In this document: one piece after another, positions 10,001-16,589 of the stretch
Position numbering within the stretch: position 1 is the first letter of the stretch
Layout: every line of letters begins with the position of its first letter
Notes under the pieces: generated by a model
Told to the model about the DNA's origin: nothing
What the model saw: the letters and a program-made list of their open reading frames with translations, nothing else
Database searches by the model: none
Source of the DNA: a virus
IMG/VR virus record: IMGVR_UViG_3300028394_000038
DNA length: 64,000 nucleotides
Reading direction: 5' to 3' (one strand)
Made by a program: the position numbers and the translations under genes

Positions 10001-10204
10001 ATGGCAACAGGTAAAGTAAAATGGTTTAATGAAACCAAAGGTTTTGGATTTATTACTCCAGACAACGGTGGTGAGGATTTATTTGCTCACTACTCAGCAA
10101 TACAGACTCCAGGCTTCAAAGTTCTGCAAGAAAATCAAGAAGTAACTTTTGATGTAGTGCAGGGCATGAAAGGCAAGCAGGCTAGTAATATTCACCCAGC
10201 GTAA
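10001..10204 (+). CDS. cspA: cold shock protein
   Basis: [21 protein letters not shown]1 and [11 protein letters not shown]2. Confidence 0.95.
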   Translation: MATGKVKWFNETKGFGFITPDNGGEDLFAHYSAIQTPGFKVLQENQEVTFDVVQGMKGKQASNIHPA

Positions 10205-10220
10205 GCTGAGTGTAAAGAGA

Positions 10221-10551
10221 TAGTTGTAATCCCTTCAAAGTGAAGGCATTCTGGACGCGGGTTCGACTCCCGCCAGGTCCACCATAAAGTATATTCGGTT
10301 GGCACATAGCCAACAGAGACATTAGAAACGTGAGTATACTTCATAATGGGCCTGCCATGGTTTCGACAGGGTGAGATAATAGAGACGGCAACTCAGTAGG
10401 CGATGACTGTAAATCAAGCAAAACTCGTAAATGCAAACGCAAATACATTCGAGTACTTCACCGTAGAAGGCTTCACAGCTGAAAGCGGTCTAGTAGCAGC
10501 CTAAGAAACTGCAACTCCGGGGTAGGACAGGCCTTGTAAAATAACATAACC
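10221..10551 (+). ncRNA. ssrA: permuted two-piece tmRNA (outer ends approximate)
   Basis: T arm and CAGGTCC-ACCA ending at 10284 lie upstream of the GGGCCTG 5' strand at 10348 (G3.U70 pair); tag frame 10433..10504 ANANTFEYFTVEGFTAESGLVAA*. Confidence 0.9.
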
Positions 10552-10580
10552 AAGGGCGATTAATTTCGCCCTTTTTTCTT
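10552..10580 (+). terminator. intrinsic terminator
   Basis: AAGGGCGA/TCGCCCTT hairpin and T run. Confidence 0.75.
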
Positions 10581-10649
10581 GACACTCAGTGTTAAAGAAA
10601 ATAAAATCAAACACAGACTAAAACAGTCTTTTAAAAAAGGAAATAAAAT

Positions 10650-11360
10650 ATGAAGAAGCTTTTATTAGCATTAATGATGGTGGCAGGTATTTCTGTTGCC
10701 CAAGCACAGGTTACAGGCAATTTGGGCTTGACCTCAGACTACAGATTCCGTGGTGTAAGTCAAACCCAAAATGCTCCAGCAGTACAGGGTGGTATTGATT
10801 ACAATCACGTAAGTGGTTTGTATATTGGTAACTGGAACAGTTCTGTCTCAAGCCAACTTTACACAAACGGTGCTGGTGTAGAATCTGATGTATATGCAGG
10901 TTTTAAGAAACAAGTTTTTGGTAACTTTACACTCGATGTAGGTACAATGAACTATTTCTACCCACGTGCAGGTACAAACGGTAGTTTTGACACTAACGAA
11001 TTGTATGCTGGCATTGGTTACAAAGAACTTGTTACTGTAAAATACAGCCACGCTATCAGCGACTACTTTGGCACAGCCAACAGCAAGAACAGCTACTATG
11101 TTCAAGCAGATGCGGCAATCCCAGTTGTTGGTAAATTGGTAGCACTTGCACACGTTGGTCGCACTAATGTTGCCAACAGCTCATCATTAGACTACACTGA
11201 CTACAATGTTGGTCTTGGTTATGATTTGCAAGGTTGGAACTTGGCCGCCAAGTACTACATTAACGACAACAAGACATCAACATTTATGACTGCTAATACT
11301 GTTAACGGTCAGAAATTGTACAAAGATGCTTTGGTATTTTCTGTAGCAAAATCATTCTAA
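10650..11360 (+). CDS. TorF / TIGR02001-like outer membrane beta-barrel protein
   Basis: signal peptide, SDYRFRGVSQT, PAVQGGIDY, terminal Phe. Confidence 0.85.
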   Translation: MKKLLLALMMVAGISVAQAQVTGNLGLTSDYRFRGVSQTQNAPAVQGGIDYNHVSGLYIGNWNSSVSSQLYTNGAGVESDVYAGFKKQVFGNFTLDVGTMNYFYPRAGTNGSFDTNELYAGIGYKELVTVKYSHAISDYFGTANSKNSYYVQADAAIPVVGKLVALAHVGRTNVANSSSLDYTDYNVGLGYDLQGWNLAAKYYINDNKTSTFMTANTVNGQKLYKDALVFSVAKSF

Positions 11361-11379
11361 TGAATGCGTAAAAGGAAAC

Positions 11380-11403
11380 AGGACCTACGGGTCCTTTTTC
11401 TTT
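11380..11403 (+). terminator. intrinsic terminator
   Basis: AGGACC-TACG-GGTCCT and T run. Confidence 0.7.
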
Positions 11404-11481
11404 ATTAATTTTTTCAATAAGCGTTATAGAAATAATTATTGGAAAAACCTATTGACCTTATGGATTAATAGGATATATAAT
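11404..11481 (+). promoter_or_regulatory. promoter with OxyR/LysR-like box
   Basis: ATTA-N7-CAAT-N7-ATAG-N7-TATT and ATTG-N7-CTAT next to TTGACC-N18-TATAAT. Confidence 0.4.
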
Positions 11482-11512
11482 AACAGTAAGACAACACACA
11501 CAAGGAGATATT

Positions 11513-11962
11513 ATGTCTGTTACACTAGCAAACTTAGGTAGCGCATTAGCCGGTGAAAGCCAAGCTCATGTCAAATACCGTTACTTCGCAAAGATCGCTC
11601 GCGAAGAAGGATTCGAAGATGTTGCAAAACATTTTGAACACACAGCAGATCAAGAACTGCTACATGCATGGGGCCATTTAGAATTGCTAATCGGCAAGCC
11701 ATCAACAAAAGAATGTTTGGAAAAAGCCATTGAAGGCGAAACTTACGAGTACACACAAATGTATCCACAGTTCCAAGCTCTTGCAATTCGTGAAGGCGAA
11801 TTAGAAGCGGCCAAAGAAGCTCAACATCAAATTGAAGAATCAAAAGAACATGCCGCACAATTTGCCGCTGTTCTAGCCAAAGCAGAAAAACGTTTCAACG
11901 CACTAAAGAAAGTTGAAGAACGTCATGCCAATGCATACAAACAAGTTTTGGAGACACTATAA
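11513..11962 (+). CDS. rubrerythrin (ferritin-like)
   Basis: AGESQA, QELLHA, GETYE, ESKEHA, VEERHA diiron motifs. Confidence 0.88.
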   Translation: MSVTLANLGSALAGESQAHVKYRYFAKIAREEGFEDVAKHFEHTADQELLHAWGHLELLIGKPSTKECLEKAIEGETYEYTQMYPQFQALAIREGELEAAKEAQHQIEESKEHAAQFAAVLAKAEKRFNALKKVEERHANAYKQVLETL

Positions 11963-12099
11963 TGAACGATCAAATATATATCTGTGTAGTCTGCGGACAC
12001 GAACACAATGAAGAACTAGAAGGCAAGTGGGATGAATTAGATGAGTCCTTTACTTGTCCCGAGTGCGGTTGCGGTAAAGACGAATACGAGGCATTCTAA
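11962..12099 (+). CDS. rubredoxin (45 aa), not in ORF track
   Basis: MNDQIYICVVCGH...FTCPECGCGKDEY, two CxxCG motifs. Confidence 0.85.
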   Translation: MNDQIYICVVCGHEHNEELEGKWDELDESFTCPECGCGKDEYEAF

Positions 12100-12494
12100 T
12101 GCTAGACTGCCTAATACTCGGTGATTCAATCGCAGTGGGAACTGCACATTTTCGTCCGGAATGTGCTGTCTATGCTAAAAGCGGTATCAACAGTCACAAC
12201 TGGTTGAACAAGAACGTAGACAAAAATCTAACTGCAAAAAGTGTTATCATTAGTCTTGGATCAAATGATCACAAAGGTGTAAAAACATTTCACGAGTTAA
12301 TGGCAATTCGTCAGCTAACTGATGCGGGTAGAGTCTATTGGATTCTACCTGCAAACAAACCAGAAGTACGAGAGATAGTTGAAATTATTGCTAAAAACTT
12401 TGGCGATACAATACTGCCCATTAGTAAACTAAGTAGCGACGGAGTACATCCTACAACTGCCGGATACAAGGAATTAGCAGAAAAATCTCAATAA
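12099..12494 (+). CDS. SGNH/GDSL hydrolase
   Basis: GDSI, GSND, DGVHP. Confidence 0.8.
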   Translation: MLDCLILGDSIAVGTAHFRPECAVYAKSGINSHNWLNKNVDKNLTAKSVIISLGSNDHKGVKTFHELMAIRQLTDAGRVYWILPANKPEVREIVEIIAKNFGDTILPISKLSSDGVHPTTAGYKELAEKSQ

Positions 12495-12501
12495 ATACTA
12501 G

Positions 12502-13035
12502 ATGAAACAATACAACTTTGAAGATTATTTTTCTACTTTAACAATTCCTGAAACTTGGGAAACTTTAGAAGACTTTATCGAATGGTTTATGGACTCTAGA
12601 ATGCCATGGATGATTCCCGAAGACTCAGAAGTCTATGTTACTGATAATGCTAGTTCTATCATATTGTTTAGACACGATCGTTATCAAGTAGAGCTGTATG
12701 TTAATTATCCTTCAACAAAAGCACCATTACACGGTCATCCGGGCATGGATTTAATTACTATGCAAATTGGAAGAATGAATCCTATTCAATGGGCATATGC
12801 TGGCAAGATATTAAAAAGTGGCAAAAAACATAATGCTAACTTTGCTAGCGAAAAAGGAACTGTTTTCTTAACATTTGAAAAATGGCTACCTGGAATACCA
12901 ATGACTAGTGCGTCAGTTAACTGGGTAGGACCTACAGTTGGCCCTATACACGAAAAATTAATTAAGCGTCATTTTCCTAATGTAGAGATTGTAGACGGTG
13001 TATCTATGCTTTCACTTGATTTACTACAATCATAA
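12502..13035 (+). CDS. hypothetical protein (possible cupin fold)
   Basis: 177 aa; PLHGHP motif. Confidence 0.6.
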   Translation: MKQYNFEDYFSTLTIPETWETLEDFIEWFMDSRMPWMIPEDSEVYVTDNASSIILFRHDRYQVELYVNYPSTKAPLHGHPGMDLITMQIGRMNPIQWAYAGKILKSGKKHNANFASEKGTVFLTFEKWLPGIPMTSASVNWVGPTVGPIHEKLIKRHFPNVEIVDGVSMLSLDLLQS

Positions 13036-13059
13036 ATAATAGATAAAGGAAAAATTGAT

Positions 13060-13314
13060 ATGACTAAAAAAGTTGTCCTAACATGTCGGACTTTAAAAGA
13101 ATTAAAAGGTTCTCCGGAAAGGGTAGCCGAGAGAACAGCACAGATTGCCAAGATGGTCGCTGAAGGGAAAACTGACGGCATATCAAATTTTGTTCCTCCT
13201 GCTACTGCCGAACTTACATTCATAGACCAAGCGGCAGCTGAAGAGTGGGTAACTTGGGGGACAGCAAATTTAACCAAGTACGGCATCACTCCTGTATCAT
13301 TAGAAATTCAATAA
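13060..13314 (+). CDS. hypothetical protein
   Basis: 84 aa ORF with AAGGA. Confidence 0.6.
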   Translation: MTKKVVLTCRTLKELKGSPERVAERTAQIAKMVAEGKTDGISNFVPPATAELTFIDQAAAEEWVTWGTANLTKYGITPVSLEIQ

Positions 13315-13346
13315 CCCTTCATTTTGACCGGATATCGCCAAAAGTC

Positions 13347-13375
13347 TTGACAACAAGACTAAATAAAACTATAAT
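13347..13375 (+). promoter_or_regulatory. consensus sigma70 promoter P1 of RNA island
   Basis: TTGACA-N17-TATAAT, perfect. Confidence 0.8.
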
Positions 13376-13408
13376 AGAGTCATGTCAACAAAGACCAGCG
13401 GCATCTAA

Positions 13409-13428
13409 CTGTTGTAGAAATACAACAA
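13409..13428. repeat. 20-nt palindromic repeat, copy 1
   Basis: CTGTTGTAGAAATACAACAA, identical at 23563..23582. Confidence 0.8.
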
Positions 13429-13447
13429 ACAAGATAACCAAAAGTGG

Positions 13448-13476
13448 TTGACACAAGTGCAGAAAGGCACTATAAT
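13448..13476 (+). promoter_or_regulatory. consensus sigma70 promoter P2 of RNA island
   Basis: TTGACA-N17-TATAAT, perfect. Confidence 0.85.
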
Positions 13477-13533
13477 TAACACATGAACTAGCAATTCCGC
13501 TAGTAAATAAAAAAGGTTTAAAAGAGAAACAAA

Positions 13534-13686
13534 ATGCAATCGTTTAACAGACAACAATGTACGAAACATTCGATAGCCCAGGTGGGAGGCTTTATGCCCT
13601 CTTATTGGCTGGCGATTAATAGTACAAGTCTATCAAATGATCGTTTACCAGAGATTACAAGGGTCCGGGAGGGCTGGGATGGTTAA
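13534..13686 (+). CDS. putative attenuator leader peptide (50 aa, all 20 amino acids)
   Basis: MQSFNRQQCTKHSIAQVGGFMPSYWLAINSTSLSNDRLPEITRVREGWDG*; lies between promoter and terminator. Confidence 0.65.
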   Translation: MQSFNRQQCTKHSIAQVGGFMPSYWLAINSTSLSNDRLPEITRVREGWDG

Positions 13687-13754
13687 GTAACACACTTAAT
13701 TACATTTCAAAACTTCAAGGACCCTAGGATTAAAACCCTGGGGTTTTTGTTTTT
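13660..13754 (+). terminator. antiterminator/terminator switch
   Basis: terminator ACCCTAGG(13721-28)/CCTGGGGT(13737-44) plus T run; competing AGGGTCC(13660-66)/GGACCCT(13719-25). Confidence 0.75.
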
Positions 13755-13767
13755 AAGGAAAGGAAAA

Positions 13768-13944
13768 ATGAAAGAGATAGATTATACAAAATTAAACGAA
13801 CGTATTGTTGAACAGGCTTATGAAGCCGCTCTTAGTAATACTCTTACTAAAGAACAGCTTCAAAAACTTATTCAAGATAAGTTTGAACGTGCTAGAGTGT
13901 ATCACGAAGCGTTAGCGAAAGCACCAACGTTTAGTGTAAACTAA
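13768..13944 (+). CDS. hypothetical protein
   Basis: ATG 13768 after AAGGAAAGGA; track ORF 13747..13944. Confidence 0.6.
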   Translation: MKEIDYTKLNERIVEQAYEAALSNTLTKEQLQKLIQDKFERARVYHEALAKAPTFSVN

Positions 13945-13952
13945 AGTACAAA

Positions 13953-14145
13953 GTGTGAACATACAGGAAACGAGGTCCTGGCTCTGCACTTAAAACATGG
14001 AGCGAACGGGCGGCCTATCGGATGAAACTCCTCTTCTGGAGCGAAAAATGGTAGCGTATTAAAGCACTCTCAGGTTCTGGGTAATCTCGGAGCAAGTGGG
14101 TTCATCCATGAAGAGTGCTTTAATACACACATTCTAAAGAGTGTG
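13953..14145 (+). ncRNA. multi-hairpin ncRNA candidate
   Basis: several short hairpins and a perfect 15-bp stem 14056-70/14112-26. Confidence 0.45.
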
Positions 14146-14150
14146 TTAAC

Positions 14151-14237
14151 GGAGGTTGTTCCCTATTGCCGGCTGTAACCCGGTAGGCATAATAAGTAGG
14201 GTGGCGCCAAGTGGTTCGATTCCATCAACCTCCACCA
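14151..14237 (+). tRNA. atypical tRNA-Tyr(GUA)-like RNA, no D arm
   Basis: 8-bp acceptor GGAGGTTG/CAACCTCC, GCCGG-CTGTAAC-CCGGT, TTCGA loop, ACCA. Confidence 0.65.
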
Positions 14238-14242
14238 AATTT

Positions 14243-14316
14243 CCTCTTGTAGTTAAATGGTATAACAATCGGCTGATAACCGGTCATTACAAGTTCGATT
14301 CTTGTCGAGAGGACCA
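14243..14316 (+). tRNA. tRNA-Ile(GAU)
   Basis: cloverleaf, loop CT GAT AA, CCA. Confidence 0.9.
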
Positions 14317-14320
14317 AGTT

Positions 14321-14378
14321 TAGGATACTAACAGCAAATCTTAATCAACTTTCAAATGGTGAAAAAGAATGTATCCTG
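14321..14378 (+). ncRNA. ACAGCAA-family RNA 1 (Glu UUC anticodon-like loop)
   Basis: TAGGATAC-ta-ACAGCAA...GTATCCTG. Confidence 0.75.
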
Positions 14379-14387
14379 TTTTATTAT

Positions 14388-14462
14388 ACTCCGGTCGTCT
14401 AGTGGCTAGGACGCCAGCCTTTCAAGTTGGAGAAGCGGGATCGAAACCCGTTCGGAGTACCA
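14388..14462 (+). tRNA. tRNA-Glu(UUC) copy 1
   Basis: loop CT TTC AA; T loop ATCGAAA; CCA. Confidence 0.88.
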
Positions 14463-14466
14463 ATAT

Positions 14467-14541
14467 GCCGTTGTAGCTCTCTGGGAGGGTAACTGATTGT
14501 CTATCAGATTTAGGCGAGTTCGATTCTCGTCAGCGGCGCCA
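14467..14541 (+). tRNA. tRNA-Asp(GUC) copy 1
   Basis: loop TT GTC TA; CCA. Confidence 0.85.
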
Positions 14542-14618
14542 GAGCAGATCCTGTTCGTGTAGCAAAGCCCCACACTGGTGGGTGGCTCAGGATGTAGAAA
14601 ATCACGAACCAAATCTAT

Positions 14619-14697
14619 TCCGTGAAATCCAAGCATGGTGCAAGGACCTGACTGTTAATCAGTGATTAGGTGAGTTCGATCCTCACACACGGAGCCA
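14619..14697 (+). tRNA. tRNA-Asn(GUU) copy 1
   Basis: loop CT GTT AA; enlarged D loop; CCA. Confidence 0.82.
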
Positions 14698-14766
14698 ATC
14701 AACAAACACATTTCCGACAGTAGGCGGAGGTGACAATGTCCATTCGGGTGAATGTGTTTTTTAATT

Positions 14767-14841
14767 GGGGGCAGTAGCGGGCTACGGTTCTCCCTTGCAA
14801 GGAGGATGTCTAGAAGGGTTCAACTCCCTCGGTCTCCACCA
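14767..14841 (+). tRNA. tRNA-Ala(UGC) copy 1, atypical D arm
   Basis: G3.U70, loop CT TGC AA, ACCA. Confidence 0.78.
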
Positions 14842-14847
14842 AATTAT

Positions 14848-14923
14848 CTCGCATTCGGTTAGCGGCTATGCCACCTGGTTTGGGGCCAGGAGTTCGAAGG
14901 TTCGAGTCCTTCATGCGAGACCA
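14848..14923 (+). tRNA. tRNA-Pro(UGG) copy 1
   Basis: loop TT TGG GG; CCA. Confidence 0.88.
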
Positions 14924-14929
14924 AGTTAA

Positions 14930-15003
14930 GCCCTATTAGTTAAATGGTAGAACACCTGTTTTGTAATCAGGGGATGGCAGTTCGATTCTGTCATGGGGCA
15001 CCA
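14930..15003 (+). tRNA. tRNA-Thr(UGU) copy 1
   Basis: loop TT TGT AA; CCA. Confidence 0.88.
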
Positions 15004-15006
15004 GTT

Positions 15007-15067
15007 TAGGATAGTAACAGCAAATTAAAAAATCTTTTCTTGAAAAAAAGCCAAAAATGCTATCCTG
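15007..15067 (+). ncRNA. ACAGCAA-family RNA 2 (Ser UGA anticodon stem-loop)
   Basis: TAGGATAG-ta-ACAGCAA...CTATCCTG; CTTTT-CTTGAAA-AAAAG. Confidence 0.78.
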
Positions 15068-15179
15068 TTTTATTTTAATGTTCAAAGGAGAACGACATGA
15101 AACGTGCTAAACGTTAGTGTCATCCTAGACCCCCGTATGGTCCTGGATGGCACGTAAAAGAAAATCAATTACGAATCAT

Positions 15180-15255
15180 CCACAGCTGGCGTTAACGGTA
15201 GCGTACTCGGCTCTTAACCGATGAGGTGTCAGTTCGAATCTGACGCTGTGGACCA
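15180..15255 (+). tRNA. tRNA-Lys(CUU)
   Basis: loop CT CTT AA; CCA. Confidence 0.88.
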
Positions 15256-15258
15256 TAT

Positions 15259-15333
15259 GGGGGTATAACTTAACGGCTAAAGTAGTAGGCTTTTAACCTA
15301 TTAATCAGAGTTCGATTCTCTGTGCCCCTACCA
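15259..15333 (+). tRNA. tRNA-Lys(UUU)
   Basis: loop CT TTT AA; CCA. Confidence 0.88.
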
Positions 15334-15419
15334 TATGAAAACATATTCGATACGGACATAGTCTGTGTGCGGCAAGATCACCTTCCTTTGACGAGAACGA
15401 TCCGAGTGTGTTTCCATAT

Positions 15420-15494
15420 GGTAATGTAGGACAATGGTAGTCTTCCTCCTTCATACGGAGAGTGTTACTGGTTCAAATCCAGTCATTACCACCA
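15420..15494 (+). tRNA. tRNA with CAU anticodon (elongator Met or Ile2)
   Basis: loop TT CAT AC; CCA. Confidence 0.85.
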
Positions 15495-15499
15495 AGTAT

Positions 15500-15573
15500 G
15501 TATCCCTAGTGTAATGGCAGCATTACAGTCTCCAAAACTGTCGGTCGGGGTTCGAGTCCCTGGGGGTACGCCA
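15500..15573 (+). tRNA. tRNA-Trp(CCA)
   Basis: loop CT CCA AA; CCA. Confidence 0.9.
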
Positions 15574-15577
15574 TTTT

Positions 15578-15641
15578 AAGGATGTTAACAGCAAACATTT
15601 ATACATTGAACTTTTAATTCAAACCGTAAAAATACATCCTG
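15578..15641 (+). ncRNA. ACAGCAA-family RNA 3 (Lys UUU anticodon stem-loop)
   Basis: AAGGATGT-ta-ACAGCAA...ACATCCTG; TTGAA-CTTTTAA-TTCAA. Confidence 0.78.
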
Positions 15642-15650
15642 CTTTTTTGT

Positions 15651-15724
15651 TCCCGGATAGTGTAGTGGTAACACAACAGACTTTGACTCTGCTATTGTAA
15701 GTTCGATTCTTACTCCGGGTGCCA
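15651..15724 (+). tRNA. tRNA-Gln(UUG)
   Basis: loop CT TTG AC; 1:72 mismatch; CCA. Confidence 0.88.
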
Positions 15725-15729
15725 TATAT

Positions 15730-15806
15730 CGGTCCTTAACTCAGCGGATTAGAGTGTCAGTCTTCGAAACTGAAGGTCGGGAGTTCGAATCTCTCAGGGC
15801 CGGCCA
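15730..15806 (+). tRNA. tRNA-Arg(UCG)
   Basis: loop CT TCG AA; CCA. Confidence 0.88.
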
Positions 15807-15812
15807 AAATTT

Positions 15813-15887
15813 ATCGCCATCGTATAATGGATAATACACTAGTTTGCGGAACTGGTAATTGTGGTTCGATTCCATATGGCGGTGCCA
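15813..15887 (+). tRNA. tRNA-Arg(GCG)
   Basis: loop TT GCG GA; CCA. Confidence 0.85.
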
Positions 15888-15893
15888 ATCAAT

Positions 15894-15969
15894 GGTGTCT
15901 TTAGTGTAGTGGCCTGCACCCTGCTCTGTGAAAGCGGTAGTACCGGATCGATACCGGTAAGGCACCCCA
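15894..15969 (+). tRNA. tRNA-His(GUG)
   Basis: G-1:C73, loop CT GTG AA; CCA. Confidence 0.88.
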
Positions 15970-15974
15970 AATAT

Positions 15975-16049
15975 AGTTCCTTAGCTCAGTGGTAGAGCAG
16001 TACGTTGACATCGTGAAGGTCACAAGTTCAAACCTTGTAGGAACTACCA
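15975..16049 (+). tRNA. tRNA-Val(GAC)
   Basis: loop TT GAC AT; CCA. Confidence 0.9.
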
Positions 16050-16054
16050 ATTTT

Positions 16055-16130
16055 GCTACTTTAGCTGATGTGGTCATAGCACCGGTTTGAAGCACCGAGG
16101 AACCAGGTTCGATCCCTGGAGGTAGCACCA
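16055..16130 (+). tRNA. tRNA-Phe(GAA)
   Basis: loop TT GAA GC; CCA. Confidence 0.88.
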
Positions 16131-16133
16131 AGT

Positions 16134-16349
16134 TTTGTAAGTGTCAGCAAGAGAACAACACGCTATATAGGGTAGTTCGAACTACCGAAATAGTAAAAGG
16201 CAAATGGGTTCAACTCCCACCCGCGGGGAACTGCGGAGGTCTGTAAAGGAGACTGTACTGGTTAAGTATCCCAAGTGACGTATCTTGACCCTGCCGGCTT
16301 TATATCAAGGGAGAATGGTTGCGATATGAGGGACGCAACTACTTACAAA
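16134..16349 (+). ncRNA. 216-nt closed-stem ncRNA candidate with CAGCAA and two T-loop-like hairpins
   Basis: TTTGTAAGT/ACTTACAAA; GGTAG-TTCGAA-CTACC; TGGG-TTCAACT-CCCA. Confidence 0.6.
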
Positions 16350-16357
16350 TTCAATAT

Positions 16358-16434
16358 GCCCTTGTACGCTAATTGGTAACGCGAATGGATTTAAAATCCG
16401 TTGTTTGTAGGTTCGAATCCAATCAAGGGTACCA
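16358..16434 (+). tRNA. tRNA-Leu(UAA), short variable loop
   Basis: loop TT TAA AA; CCA. Confidence 0.82.
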
Positions 16435-16435
16435 T

Positions 16436-16510
16436 ACCGCTTTCGTTCAATGGATAGGACATGATTCTTCTAAATTCATAATAGTGGTTCGATTCCACTA
16501 AGCGGTGCCA
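16436..16510 (+). tRNA. tRNA-Arg(UCU)
   Basis: loop CT TCT AA; CCA. Confidence 0.87.
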
Positions 16511-16514
16511 ACAG

Positions 16515-16588
16515 GCTCTTATAGTTTAATGGTAGAACACTCGCTTGGTATGCGAGCAATCGTAGTTCGATTCTACGTTAGAGCACCA
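16515..16588 (+). tRNA. tRNA-Thr(GGU)
   Basis: loop TT GGT AT; CCA. Confidence 0.88.
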
Positions 16589-16589
16589 T

